A DNA stretch of 20,000 bases from an uncultured virus (IMG/VR IMGVR_UViG_3300026479_000008) (Duplodnaviria; Heunggongvirae; Uroviricota; Caudoviricetes): IMG/VR virus record IMGVR_UViG_3300026479_000008. One strand, given 5' to 3'. The notes under the pieces are model-generated. The model had not been told where the DNA came from and searched no databases. It was given only the letters and a program-made list of their open reading frames with translations. Position numbers and translations under genes: made by a program. Shown in pieces: positions 1-9,249 of this stretch. The first letter of the stretch is position 1; each line of letters begins with the position of its first letter.

Positions 1-3
1 AGA

Positions 4-1776
4 TTATAGTTTTATACCCATAACTTGAACTTTGTCCTTAGCATCAACGTCATAAGCTAATAAGCCTGTGAAATCGATATCAGTTCCACCTGTACATCTG
101 AAGTCAACGAATACACCGTTTACATAAACAGTTAAATCATCGTTAGTTCCGAATGCAACTGGCTGAGGTAAAGTAAATAAGTTAGTTGCAGTAAATACTG
201 CAGTTTGTCTTAGGTACGTACCACCTTCTTCAACAGCTACTTCTAATGAATCGATAGATGCGTTTATAACATTTACCTCTCCGTTAGTTGTTGCTATCTC
301 AGCAGCTAATTCAGCAGATAAAGCAGATTCAACAGAACCAGCTCTTGTGATTTCAGCAGCTAAGTCACCTTCAACACCTAATACTCTAGTGTCGATTGAA
401 GTGATGTCACCAGCTAATTCACCGTCAACAACCTCTAAAGAATTAACTGAAGCAGTTAATAATAAGTTGTCAGCGTCGTTAGCGTCGATCTGTGCTTTTA
501 ACTTAGCGTCTTCACCAGCTCTATCTTCTTTTTCTTGCTCGATAGCAATCGCTAGATTGTTATCAACAGCTTCTAAAGAATCGATAGATCTGTCTTGTGC
601 GATTTGCTCAGCGTTAGTTGAAGCGATTTCAGCAGCTAAAGCAACTTCTAAAGAATCAACAGATGCGTCAGTTCTTACTACGAATGCAGCAAAAGCATCA
701 TCATTTTCAGTATCAACAGAGTTGATTAAAGAAACGATTTCAGCGAATGAATCTTTGTCAGCAGTTGAAGCTTCTAAGATTGCATCGATTCTACCTTTTT
801 CTGTAGCGATGTCAGATGCTAATTCACCATCAACAACCTCTAAAGAGTTTACAGATAATGTTAAGTTAGCGTTGTCTAAATCGTTAGCGTCGATTCTAGA
901 ACCTAATGCTAAATCAGCAGCAGCTCTTAATCTTGCTTCCTCTTCGATAGAAGATGATAAACCAGCGTCAGCAGCTTCTAAAGAATCAATAGATGCGTTT
1001 TGAACAGCTTGCTCAGCAGCAGTTTCAGCGATCTCAGCAGATAATTCTGCAGATATCTTACCTTCCATTGCAGTTGCTCTGTCGATTTCAGCTTGTAAGT
1101 CACCTTCAACACCAGATACTCTAGTGTCTAATGAAGTGATGTTACCAGCAAAACCATTGTCAACAACTTCTAATGAATCGATAGATGCGTTAACATTGAT
1201 AAAATCAGCGTTAGTTGCAGCGATCTCTGCGTTTAAAGCAGCTTCAATAGCATTTTCTCTACCAGTTGCTCTTTCGATTTCAGAAGCTAAGTCACCTTCA
1301 ACACCTAATACTCTAGTGTCTAATGAAGTGATGTCACCTTCTAAACCAAGAATGTCAGAGTCATTGCTTGTGATTTGTCTCTGAAGATCAGCATCAACTA
1401 ATTCTAATGAATCGATTGACTTATCTGTTCTTAGTACGAATGAAGCGAATGCATTGTCATTTTCAGTATCAACTGCGTTGATTAAAGAAACGATTTCAGC
1501 GAATGAATCTTTGTCTGCTTCTGCAGAATCTAAGATTGCATCTACTCTTTCTTTTTCTGTTACGATCTCAGCCGATAAAGCAGTATCAACAGCTTCTAAA
1601 GAAGATACTTCACCTGCGATGAAAGTCTCTAAAGAGTTTACTGATGCGTCTACTGTATCAAATCCTTGTTTGATGTCCCATACGTTTGCAATTTTTACAT
1701 TGTCAGACGATACAACATTTGCCCATGTGATTGAACTTAGAAAGTCAGAAATTTGTTTTGAACGAATTTGTGCCAT
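4..1776 (-). CDS. Acidic coiled-coil repeat protein, probable tail fibre/virion protein (590 aa)
   Basis: Very D/E/A-rich heptad-like sequence. Internal repeats: DAIL..ADKDSFAEIVSLIN.VDTEND.AFA x2, G.ITS.DTRV.GVEGDL..EI.RA x3 and many SIDSLE units. Short C-terminal beta domain (LTVYVNGV...YDVDAKDKVQV). Confidence 0.65.
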   Translation of the reverse strand: MAQIRSKQISDFLSSITWANVVSSDNVKIANVWDIKQGFDTVDASVNSLETFIAGEVSSLEAVDTALSAEIVTEKERVDAILDSAEADKDSFAEIVSLINAVDTENDNAFASFVLRTDKSIDSLELVDADLQRQITSNDSDILGLEGDITSLDTRVLGVEGDLASEIERATGRENAIEAALNAEIAATNADFINVNASIDSLEVVDNGFAGNITSLDTRVSGVEGDLQAEIDRATAMEGKISAELSAEIAETAAEQAVQNASIDSLEAADAGLSSSIEEEARLRAAADLALGSRIDANDLDNANLTLSVNSLEVVDGELASDIATEKGRIDAILEASTADKDSFAEIVSLINSVDTENDDAFAAFVVRTDASVDSLEVALAAEIASTNAEQIAQDRSIDSLEAVDNNLAIAIEQEKEDRAGEDAKLKAQIDANDADNLLLTASVNSLEVVDGELAGDITSIDTRVLGVEGDLAAEITRAGSVESALSAELAAEIATTNGEVNVINASIDSLEVAVEEGGTYLRQTAVFTATNLFTLPQPVAFGTNDDLTVYVNGVFVDFRCTGGTDIDFTGLLAYDVDAKDKVQVMGIKL

Positions 1777-1946
1777 ATTATTTATATAATTATTTTTTGC
1801 ACACCCTACATTATTGTAGGATTGGATTATATATTAATACGTTTATTCGTGGGGGGTAAAAAAGTATATAATATCTTAATAAAATTAATTAAATTTTACG
1901 TATTTACGTTTTTACGTTTTTCTTATAATACTAAGATAATATATTA

Positions 1947-3173
1947 TTAAGAATAAGATTCGTAGAATAAAGAGACTCTATCTTCATCAGTGAGCTCATA
2001 TCCCGCGACTATCGAGTTAAAGATTAATTCATCACCTACTCGGATATCTTGGAATGTTCTAGCAGTAGTTCCTCCATCTGATGAAAAGTAACCATCTAGG
2101 TTTTTAGTTCCGTCTCCTAATGAAATAGAAATACCATTAATTTCAACGTCAATGTATTGGCCATCTTGCGGTGTAACCGATAATATGATTCCAGTTCTAG
2201 ATACATTTCCAGATGTATTATTTGGAATTAATTCTTTATCTAGTACTGTGCTAGATTTCTTACCTAGATCAGTTGAAGATAATGCTGAACCATATACATC
2301 TAGTTTAAATGAAACTTCGTCCGTAACTAGCCAATTATTTTTATATACACCAGGTCCTTCAGTCGACATTTCGTGAGATACTATAACCTGTATTGCATCA
2401 TCGATGTCGTCAATACATTCTCCAGAAGAACAGTTGATTCTGTACCAGTCTACTACATTAAAAATAGAATATTGAGCGGTATCGCTTCTGTTTATTAATG
2501 TAATCGTACCTTCAATTCCATCTTTATCTATTCTGTTAATTAAAAAGTTTTCTAAAACACTTACTCTAATTCCATCGTAGTCACTATTCATAAATGTCAT
2601 TTTAGTTACTAGACCAGGGGATCCTGAATCTAAAGATAAGCTTCCTTGTCCAATAGGAACTGAACCATCGATATGTTGAACTTTATAATATGGATCCATG
2701 GACGAAGATACACCTATTCCCGAACTTCTTTGAGTAGATTTATACAGAGAAGGATCGTGTCTGTTTTCATTAAATAAAATAGATCCAATTTCCATGTTAG
2801 GTAAAGAATAAACCTTAGTAGGTTCTATTCTAGAATTAGTCACTACTATGTTTACGTATATTTTTCCAGCAGGAAGATTTAATGTTTGTAGTTTTGATAA
2901 TTCAAATTGAAAAACAGCCTGTGTAGTTGGATCGTCATTTACTAATATAAGATCTCCTGAAACTCCGTATACTCTAGGCATTGAATATTGTGCGATTAAA
3001 TCAGACGATTCATCTAATAAATTCATAGTAAATGTAGAATATAGTGATGTATTAAGATTTCCACCTACCCTATCTCTATATAGTTTTACTGTGTAGACTT
3101 GTGAGTCTCCCTGTATAACATCTATTGTGTTATCAATATATCCAATAATATCTTCTTGCGTAACCTGTGGCAT
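1947..3173 (-). CDS. Probable phage structural protein, beta-rich (408 aa)
   Basis: Long ORF adjacent to the fibre-like gene. Its C-terminal module (DVEING...GYELTDEDRVSLFY) resembles that of the neighbour. Preceded by a GATATATA motif. Confidence 0.5.
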   Translation of the reverse strand: MPQVTQEDIIGYIDNTIDVIQGDSQVYTVKLYRDRVGGNLNTSLYSTFTMNLLDESSDLIAQYSMPRVYGVSGDLILVNDDPTTQAVFQFELSKLQTLNLPAGKIYVNIVVTNSRIEPTKVYSLPNMEIGSILFNENRHDPSLYKSTQRSSGIGVSSSMDPYYKVQHIDGSVPIGQGSLSLDSGSPGLVTKMTFMNSDYDGIRVSVLENFLINRIDKDGIEGTITLINRSDTAQYSIFNVVDWYRINCSSGECIDDIDDAIQVIVSHEMSTEGPGVYKNNWLVTDEVSFKLDVYGSALSSTDLGKKSSTVLDKELIPNNTSGNVSRTGIILSVTPQDGQYIDVEINGISISLGDGTKNLDGYFSSDGGTTARTFQDIRVGDELIFNSIVAGYELTDEDRVSLFYESYS

Positions 3174-3211
3174 TTTTAAACTATTTTGTTTTTATAAACT
3201 ATATATCTTGA

Positions 3212-3898
3212 TTAATTTGCTCTTAAATGATTGTAAAGCTTAAATTTTAATACTGGCAATACCCTTTCATTCATATCGAATTCTGAATTAACACTGCATC
3301 TAAAAAACCTATAATCAGAACTTTCATCTTGTACCTTTGTAATAAAAAGAGAAATTGCTCTTATATCATACACTGTTTCTCCTTCATATTTTAGATTTAA
3401 ATCTTTCCAGTTTTCTGTCAATAAAGAAGGAACTTTAAAAGAATATATTTGCATGATATCTTCAGGAGTTTTCACTAAAGCATATCCTAGTTTTTTAGTT
3501 CTTTTAATATCTGGAATTTCTGTAATGTTAATAGCCTTCTCGACTAATCTAAATACTACCCTTACATTTTTATGTATATCTTCTAATATATCTATAGCTT
3601 TATCACAAAGCTTATACATGTCTTCTATATGTTTATCTCCTTCTGGATATTCATATTCTAAAGACATTGTGTCAAGGTTGATTCCCTTGAGAACTCTTAA
3701 ATTAACGTCTATCTCCTCCTTCCTGTGCTTAATTTTATACATTTCAAGTAGATGATCTTCTACTTCATCGAGTATGGATATTAAGCCTCCATCTTTGAGA
3801 ATCTTATTAAAAGTGTTCTCAGCTGCTAAGAGTTTATAGTATTTTAATTCAAAATCATGAGGCTCGATAGTGAGCCAATTTGGATCTAATACATTCAT
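3212..3898 (-). CDS. Hypothetical protein (228 aa) resembling a conserved Bacteroidota hypothetical family
   Basis: Intact ORF. The N-terminal L..NW.T....DFE.K.Y.LLA pattern is recalled from Bacteroidota hypothetical proteins and was not verified by search. Confidence 0.6.
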   Translation of the reverse strand: MNVLDPNWLTIEPHDFELKYYKLLAAENTFNKILKDGGLISILDEVEDHLLEMYKIKHRKEEIDVNLRVLKGINLDTMSLEYEYPEGDKHIEDMYKLCDKAIDILEDIHKNVRVVFRLVEKAINITEIPDIKRTKKLGYALVKTPEDIMQIYSFKVPSLLTENWKDLNLKYEGETVYDIRAISLFITKVQDESSDYRFFRCSVNSEFDMNERVLPVLKFKLYNHLRAN

Positions 3899-3930
3899 GG
3901 AATATTTATCTAAAATTCCACGCGTGTATT

Positions 3931-4242
3931 TTATTTTTTAGAAGATGTCTTCTTTTTAGAAGCTTTTTTAGGTGGAGTTTGTTCGGTTGGAATAACTGCT
4001 AATCCCCATTGTAGAATAAACCACTGTGCTTCTTTCTCAGCTTGTTTGATGTCTAATCCTAATGTGTTAACAACAGTTTCTGTAATATGCTTTATAAACT
4101 TTTGCTCTTTTTCTTGAGTAGTTTTATATTCCATATACCATTGTGGATTGTCCTTAACATCATCATAGGTTACCCCATGATCTTTTAATTGATGATTGAT
4201 TAGCTCAATAAATAATTCTCTTTCAATGTCTCTGTTTCTCAT
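3931..4242 (-). CDS. Hypothetical protein (103 aa) with Lys-rich tail
   Basis: ORF overlaps the upstream gene by 4 nt (ATGA), typical of translational coupling. Confidence 0.75.
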   Translation of the reverse strand: MRNRDIERELFIELINHQLKDHGVTYDDVKDNPQWYMEYKTTQEKEQKFIKHITETVVNTLGLDIKQAEKEAQWFILQWGLAVIPTEQTPPKKASKKKTSSKK

Positions 4243-4436
4243 AATGATAGTATTGTAATTAGTGCATCCATATCCTGTAACCTAATCCATTCGTCATAGG
4301 TTAAAGAGATCATGGTGAAGTCTTTTGCCGGTGTATTTAAAAATTCAAACTCTTTCGTCGTCTCCGAAAAAGGATCACTTAATATCTTATTAAGAGAGTC
4401 TAAATCTTGCGTTTTTACGTAAATATGAATTTTCAT
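4239..4436 (-). CDS. Hypothetical protein (65 aa)
   Basis: Fills the gap between clpP and the 103 aa gene. AATATATA motif lies just upstream. Confidence 0.7.
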   Translation of the reverse strand: MKIHIYVKTQDLDSLNKILSDPFSETTKEFEFLNTPAKDFTMISLTYDEWIRLQDMDALITILSL

Positions 4437-4448
4437 ATAATTTATATA

Positions 4449-5117
4449 TTAAGATTTCCCGATGATTTCGTCAATAATACCATAAGCTTTAGCTTCTTTT
4501 GCATTTAACCAAAAGTCTCTAGTCGCATCTTTCATTACTTCGTCAGCTGGTTTTCCACAATATTCTCCTAAAAGATTAAATAATTCTTTATTTACTTTTT
4601 GCCATTCTTTCCAATCTATTTCAGCATCTTGAATATTACCATTAAATCCACCAGAGGATTGGTGTAACATTGTAGTAGAATGTCTAAGTGAAGATCTTTT
4701 TCCCTTAGTTCCTGCTCCTAATAAAACAGAACCCATTGATGCAGCCATACCAGTATTTACTGTTTTAATATCTGACTTAATGTAATCCATAACATCAACC
4801 ATTGAAAGTCCACTTTTAACACTTCCACCTGGAGAATCAATATGCATCGTAATATCTGTTCCTCCAACTGAGTCTAAAAACATCAACTGTGCTTGAACAA
4901 TCGTAGACATATTATCATTAACAGGTCCTGCAACCCATAATAACCTATCCATCATTAATCTAGAAAAGATATCCATCTGAGTAGCTCTTAACTCTCTTTC
5001 TTCTAAGATATATGGAGTTAACGAGTTTTCAATCTGCTTCTCATAGTAATTTAATTTAGATGATGAAACATTATGATCACTCATCGCATACTTTTCAAAT
5101 TCTTTTCCGTAATTCAT
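4449..5117 (-). CDS. clpP: ATP-dependent Clp protease proteolytic subunit ClpP
   Basis: Motifs DIFSRLMMDR and IDSPGG. Catalytic Ser in GMAASMGS, His in MLHQ, Asp in RDFWL. Ends in EAKAYGIIDEI. The N-terminal LTPYILEER extension is Bacteroidota-like. Confidence 0.97.
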   Translation of the reverse strand: MNYGKEFEKYAMSDHNVSSSKLNYYEKQIENSLTPYILEERELRATQMDIFSRLMMDRLLWVAGPVNDNMSTIVQAQLMFLDSVGGTDITMHIDSPGGSVKSGLSMVDVMDYIKSDIKTVNTGMAASMGSVLLGAGTKGKRSSLRHSTTMLHQSSGGFNGNIQDAEIDWKEWQKVNKELFNLLGEYCGKPADEVMKDATRDFWLNAKEAKAYGIIDEIIGKS

Positions 5118-5145
5118 ATAATTCTTTGTGTGTATTATTTTAATA

Positions 5146-5985
5146 TTATATTAAGTTATCCTTAAATGTTTCAACATAAGAATAAGTATTATCAGATTCG
5201 GTATCATCTCCTTGTGTTATTAGATTATGATTAGTCATATACACTTGCATGTTTTTGAATTGATAATTAATCCATACGTCAACTGGGCCGACAATAGGCA
5301 AACCTTCTAATAATTTCTTAGCTCCTTCGTATGTTAATACATAACCAGATAACCACCATACTCCATTATATAACCGTGATAGATTTTGGGAATGAGGATC
5401 CCATGTAAATCCAAATTGATTTGGCAAACTAGAAAGATACAATAAATCCCAATCATTAGGAAGTTCTTTTTCAAATATGCTTTCTATTTTATCTTGAAAT
5501 TTATGACAAAATTCAAAGTCATCTTCCATTATGAGGGTGACTGGTGTTTTATTCTCTACAATTTCTTTCCAAATTCTATAGTGTGAAAATGCGATTCCAG
5601 TTTCAGCAGAAGAACATAATATCTTATTATTTCTTTTTAATTTATTTTTCATTCCGGGAGAAGGATCTATTTCCCAGTGAAATGAAAATGGATATTTGTT
5701 AATGTGTATTTTTTTAGAAAACCACTTTATTCTTTTTCCTTCTATTGCGTCAAAGAATCTTAAATGATCTAGTAATGTTTTACGTCCCTTTAGTTTTTGG
5801 GAAGATGCTCTCTTCTCTGCTATTTTTAATCTATCTTTCCTGTATGCTAGATGAATAACTACGGTGTCGTCAATATACTTAGTCCATTCAATTCTTTTCT
5901 GTCTCTCGAATACTCGTAAGAGTCGAGAGAACCATTTTGATGTGGTTCTAGCGACTCTATTAAATCCTTCAAGCCCGTACTTCAT
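5146..5985 (-). CDS. Glycosyltransferase family 25 protein
   Basis: VIHL..RKDR, FFDAIEG, E.GIAFSHYRIW, LIMEDD, YVLTYEGAKKLL and PVDVWI match the GT25 motif series. Confidence 0.88.
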   Translation of the reverse strand: MKYGLEGFNRVARTTSKWFSRLLRVFERQKRIEWTKYIDDTVVIHLAYRKDRLKIAEKRASSQKLKGRKTLLDHLRFFDAIEGKRIKWFSKKIHINKYPFSFHWEIDPSPGMKNKLKRNNKILCSSAETGIAFSHYRIWKEIVENKTPVTLIMEDDFEFCHKFQDKIESIFEKELPNDWDLLYLSSLPNQFGFTWDPHSQNLSRLYNGVWWLSGYVLTYEGAKKLLEGLPIVGPVDVWINYQFKNMQVYMTNHNLITQGDDTESDNTYSYVETFKDNLI

Positions 5986-5993
5986 TATTGAAT

Positions 5994-6296
5994 TTATATT
6001 CTATTTAGCAAGTCTGTGATGTGTTTACATTTTTCGTAATTTTCTCTTTCTTTAAAAAATTCTAGAGATTTTTGCAAAGACTTATTATATCTATCTTCAT
6101 CCAAGAGGGATTCATACTCATTTCCTTGTTCATCTATCAATTTACATAGTATATTTCCTTTCATTGATATTCCATCAATAGTATCTTCTATGTGTTGTAC
6201 GATATTTAAATGAAAACCGACAATGTCATCTATGCCATCTTCCAAGGAACCCAGTTCCATCGTCCTAGTGTTAATCCTGAATTTCGGGTATTCCAT
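5994..6296 (-). CDS. Small protein with C-terminal UVR-like (UvrB/UvrC) helical motif (100 aa)
   Basis: The C-terminus SLEFFKERENYEKCKHITDLL fits the E.YE.A...RD UVR pattern. Overlaps the upstream gene by 26 nt. Confidence 0.6.
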   Translation of the reverse strand: MEYPKFRINTRTMELGSLEDGIDDIVGFHLNIVQHIEDTIDGISMKGNILCKLIDEQGNEYESLLDEDRYNKSLQKSLEFFKERENYEKCKHITDLLNRI

Positions 6297-7170
6297 CCTT
6301 TCCTATGAGTTCTTCTTCATTAATAATACCTGCGAATGATTCTAGAATTTGTCTGAATTCTTTCTGTGTAGGTTTTTCAGTTTCTATAGTCTCGTTTACT
6401 TTTTCTATAAAGGATAATCCATGATCTGTTAATAGCATCTTACCCGCTTCAATGGTAAAGAATGGTTGATCTATTATCATTGCGTATTGTGTAGAATCTT
6501 CTATAATTTCTTGTTGAATTTTAGCTGCTAATTCGAAGTGTCTTTCGTAGAAATGAGAGTTATCTGCACAATGGTAATATACTCCTAGGTCTAGTTCAGG
6601 GTATGTGTCTTTTAACCATAGATGAACATGTTGGTGAACGAATGCAAAGAAAGGTGCGTCAAACGTTAATCCATAGAACACATCATTAGATCTCATTTGA
6701 ACTTTCATATTCAATTGATTATTTCTAATAAAGAAATTTAAGTACATAGTACATACAAAATCTTTATTACCTTCAAACTGAAATTTGGGTTGATTAAGAA
6801 ATGCTATCGCCTGTCTCGTGTTTTGATCCGCTTTTAATGAATCTACAACCCATTCTAATTGTTCATTAAATAATAGTGAACCGTAGTTTGAGTTAATTTC
6901 ATTTGAATTAGGATTAGTTAATGTAGACCAGAATCCTGAAAATTGACCTATATAATCTACATCGTTATCTTTTCGTAGATACCATGTTAATTCACCTGCA
7001 AAGTATTTCCAGTTGAATTTTCTATTTTCAAAATTAGCAATAGGCATGTAAGGATCTATAGGTAAAGTTGTAAGGGCTAATTCCTTTACTTTCATATCAC
7101 GTGGTTGTGATACACTTCCTATATCGTCTATGTTTGTAATTGTTTTTGAGAATTGACTTGAAAAATTCAT
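6271..7170 (-). CDS. Thymidylate-synthase-fold enzyme, most like dCMP hydroxymethylase (T4 gp42 type)
   Basis: EINSNYG, TRQA, DFVCT (catalytic Cys), MRSNDVFYGLTFD and HFYERHF. Has Asp where dUMP-specific ThyA has Asn (GLPFN), and lacks the PPCH motif. Confidence 0.8.
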   Translation of the reverse strand: MNFSSQFSKTITNIDDIGSVSQPRDMKVKELALTTLPIDPYMPIANFENRKFNWKYFAGELTWYLRKDNDVDYIGQFSGFWSTLTNPNSNEINSNYGSLLFNEQLEWVVDSLKADQNTRQAIAFLNQPKFQFEGNKDFVCTMYLNFFIRNNQLNMKVQMRSNDVFYGLTFDAPFFAFVHQHVHLWLKDTYPELDLGVYYHCADNSHFYERHFELAAKIQQEIIEDSTQYAMIIDQPFFTIEAGKMLLTDHGLSFIEKVNETIETEKPTQKEFRQILESFAGIINEEELIGKDGIPEIQD

Positions 7171-7197
7171 TTAATAAGTTATTAGTTTATTATTATA

Positions 7198-9201
7198 CTA
7201 CTTTTTAATAGAAAGTTTATCTTCTTTCTTCGTATGATTGATTGTGTACACCTCGTCTCCTCTAACTATTTCTCCTTTAATAATAGCATCCGCTAAAAGA
7301 TCTTCAATGTAAGTTTGAACCGCTCTCTTCAAGGGTCTTGCACCATAATCAGGATCATATCCTTTTTCTGCTAAGAATTCCTTTGCTTGCTTAGTAACTT
7401 TAATATTATATTTCTGATCAAACATTCTAATTACCAGGTGTCTAACTTCAATATCAACAATTTGAAGAATATCTTCATGCTTTAATTGGTCGAATAATAC
7501 TACATCATCTAATCTATTTAAAAATTCCGGTGCAAACTTATTTTTAAGTTCCTTTGCGATGATAGCTTCAGTGTGTGCTTTTCTTCCAGCGATTGAAGAT
7601 TTCTTAGTTTCAAATCCAATACCCGTTCCGAACTCACTTACTTTTTTAGCACCGACATTAGATGTCATAATGATAATCGTATTCGTAAAGTCAACTGTTC
7701 TTCCTAATGAATCTGTTAATCTTCCTTCGTCTAATACTTGTAGTAAAGTATTGAATACATCAGGGTGTGCTTTTTCAATTTCATCGAAAAGTACAACCGA
7801 ATAAGGTCTTCTTCTAACCTGTTCTGTTAATTGACCGCCATCTTCATGACCAACATATCCAGGAGGAGAACCAATTAATCTTGATACTGCAAACTTTTCC
7901 ATGTATTCGCTCATATCAATTCTAATTAAATGATCTTCTGATCCAAAGTAATAATTAGTAATCGCCTTTACTGTTTCTGTTTTACCAACACCAGTTGGTC
8001 CTAAGAACATAAAAGAACCTATAGGTTTTTTAGCAGATGATACACCAGTTCTTGATCTTTTAATTACCTTAGAGAGTGCGTCTACTGCTTGATCTTGTCC
8101 AATAATCATTTTCTTAAGCTCTGTTTCCATTGCTAGGATTATTTTACTTTCATCACCTGTCATTCTTGTTACAGGAATTCCTGTTGCTTGTGAAATAGTT
8201 TCAGCAATATCTTCGGCTGTTACTTTTTTCTTTTTATCTCTTAGTGACTTTTCCCATGCAGATATTTTCTTTTCAATTAAATTCTTAGATTGAATTTCTT
8301 TATCTCTAAAGTGAGCAGCTTTTTCATAGTCTTGTTCTTCAACTGCCTTTAATTTGTCAAGTGTTAAAGCTTCTACCTCAGTCTCCGCTCTTTTAATATG
8401 CACAGGTACTTTGATTTCGCTTAAGTGAACTTTTGCACCTGATTCATCCATTAAATCAATAGCCTTATCAGGAAGTTCTCTACTTGTAATATACCTTGTA
8501 GAAAGAGAGACACATGCTTCTAGTGCATCATCAGTATATTCAACTGCATGATAATCTTCATAGTTTCCTTTAATTCTTTGTAAGATTTCGATAGTATCTT
8601 CCTCGCTAGGTGGATCTATAAATACTTCTTGGAATCTTCTAGTAAGTGCACCATCATCTTCAATATTTTCTCTATATTCATCTAAAGTAGTTGCACCAAT
8701 ACATTGTACTTGTCCTCTCGCTAATGCAGGTTTTAATATATTTGAAGCGTCTAAAGATCCACTAACACCACCTGCTCCAACGATTGTATGTAATTCATCG
8801 ATAAAAACAATGATGTCTTTGTTATTCTTTAATTCCTCAACGATAAGTTTCATTCTTTCTTCAAACTCACCTCTATATTTTGTACCTGCTACGATATTAG
8901 AAATATTGATAGAAACTATTCTTTTCTTTAAAAGAGTTCTTGCTACTTTCTTATCTACGATTCTTTGTGCAATCGCCTCTACTAACGCAGTCTTACCTAC
9001 ACCAGGATCTCCTAAAATAATAGGATTATTCTTCTTTCTTCTCGATAGGATTTGGCAAATTCTATACACTTCTTTTTCCCTTCCGATAATAGGATCTAGA
9101 TTTCCTTTTGCAGCTTCAGCTGTTAGGTCTTCTCCATACTCATCAACGTAAGGTGTTTTTCTTTTACCGCCTTTTCCTGGATTTTCAAATTGTTCTGCCA
9201 T
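7198..9201 (-). CDS. clpC: ClpC-like Hsp100 AAA+ ATPase lacking the N-terminal Clp-repeat domain
   Basis: LDPIIGRE, Walker A GDPGVGKT, FIDELH, UVR middle domain QDYEKAAHFRD, second Walker A GPTGVGKT, RIDMSEY, PPGYVG, ClpP-binding GIGF loop and GARPL. Starts about 15 aa before the D1 linker. Confidence 0.93.
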   Translation of the reverse strand: MAEQFENPGKGGKRKTPYVDEYGEDLTAEAAKGNLDPIIGREKEVYRICQILSRRKKNNPIILGDPGVGKTALVEAIAQRIVDKKVARTLLKKRIVSINISNIVAGTKYRGEFEERMKLIVEELKNNKDIIVFIDELHTIVGAGGVSGSLDASNILKPALARGQVQCIGATTLDEYRENIEDDGALTRRFQEVFIDPPSEEDTIEILQRIKGNYEDYHAVEYTDDALEACVSLSTRYITSRELPDKAIDLMDESGAKVHLSEIKVPVHIKRAETEVEALTLDKLKAVEEQDYEKAAHFRDKEIQSKNLIEKKISAWEKSLRDKKKKVTAEDIAETISQATGIPVTRMTGDESKIILAMETELKKMIIGQDQAVDALSKVIKRSRTGVSSAKKPIGSFMFLGPTGVGKTETVKAITNYYFGSEDHLIRIDMSEYMEKFAVSRLIGSPPGYVGHEDGGQLTEQVRRRPYSVVLFDEIEKAHPDVFNTLLQVLDEGRLTDSLGRTVDFTNTIIIMTSNVGAKKVSEFGTGIGFETKKSSIAGRKAHTEAIIAKELKNKFAPEFLNRLDDVVLFDQLKHEDILQIVDIEVRHLVIRMFDQKYNIKVTKQAKEFLAEKGYDPDYGARPLKRAVQTYIEDLLADAIIKGEIVRGDEVYTINHTKKEDKLSIKK

Positions 9202-9249
9202 TGTAGAATTTAATTGTTATACTTATTTTACTCCGTTTTTAGGAATTGT

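Noticed and set aside
358..1515. Diversity-generating retroelement template/variable repeat pair
   Set aside because: The repeats are in-frame modules inside one gene with no adenine-specific mismatch pattern, and no reverse transcriptase is in the window.
347..1950. Plus-strand ORFs of 218, 86, 111 and 60 aa
   Set aside because: Antisense shadows of the repetitive 590 aa gene or AT-rich intergenic noise.
6271..7170. Plain thyA annotation
   Set aside because: Lacks PPCH and has Asp at the Asn specificity site; the motifs fit dCMP hydroxymethylase better.
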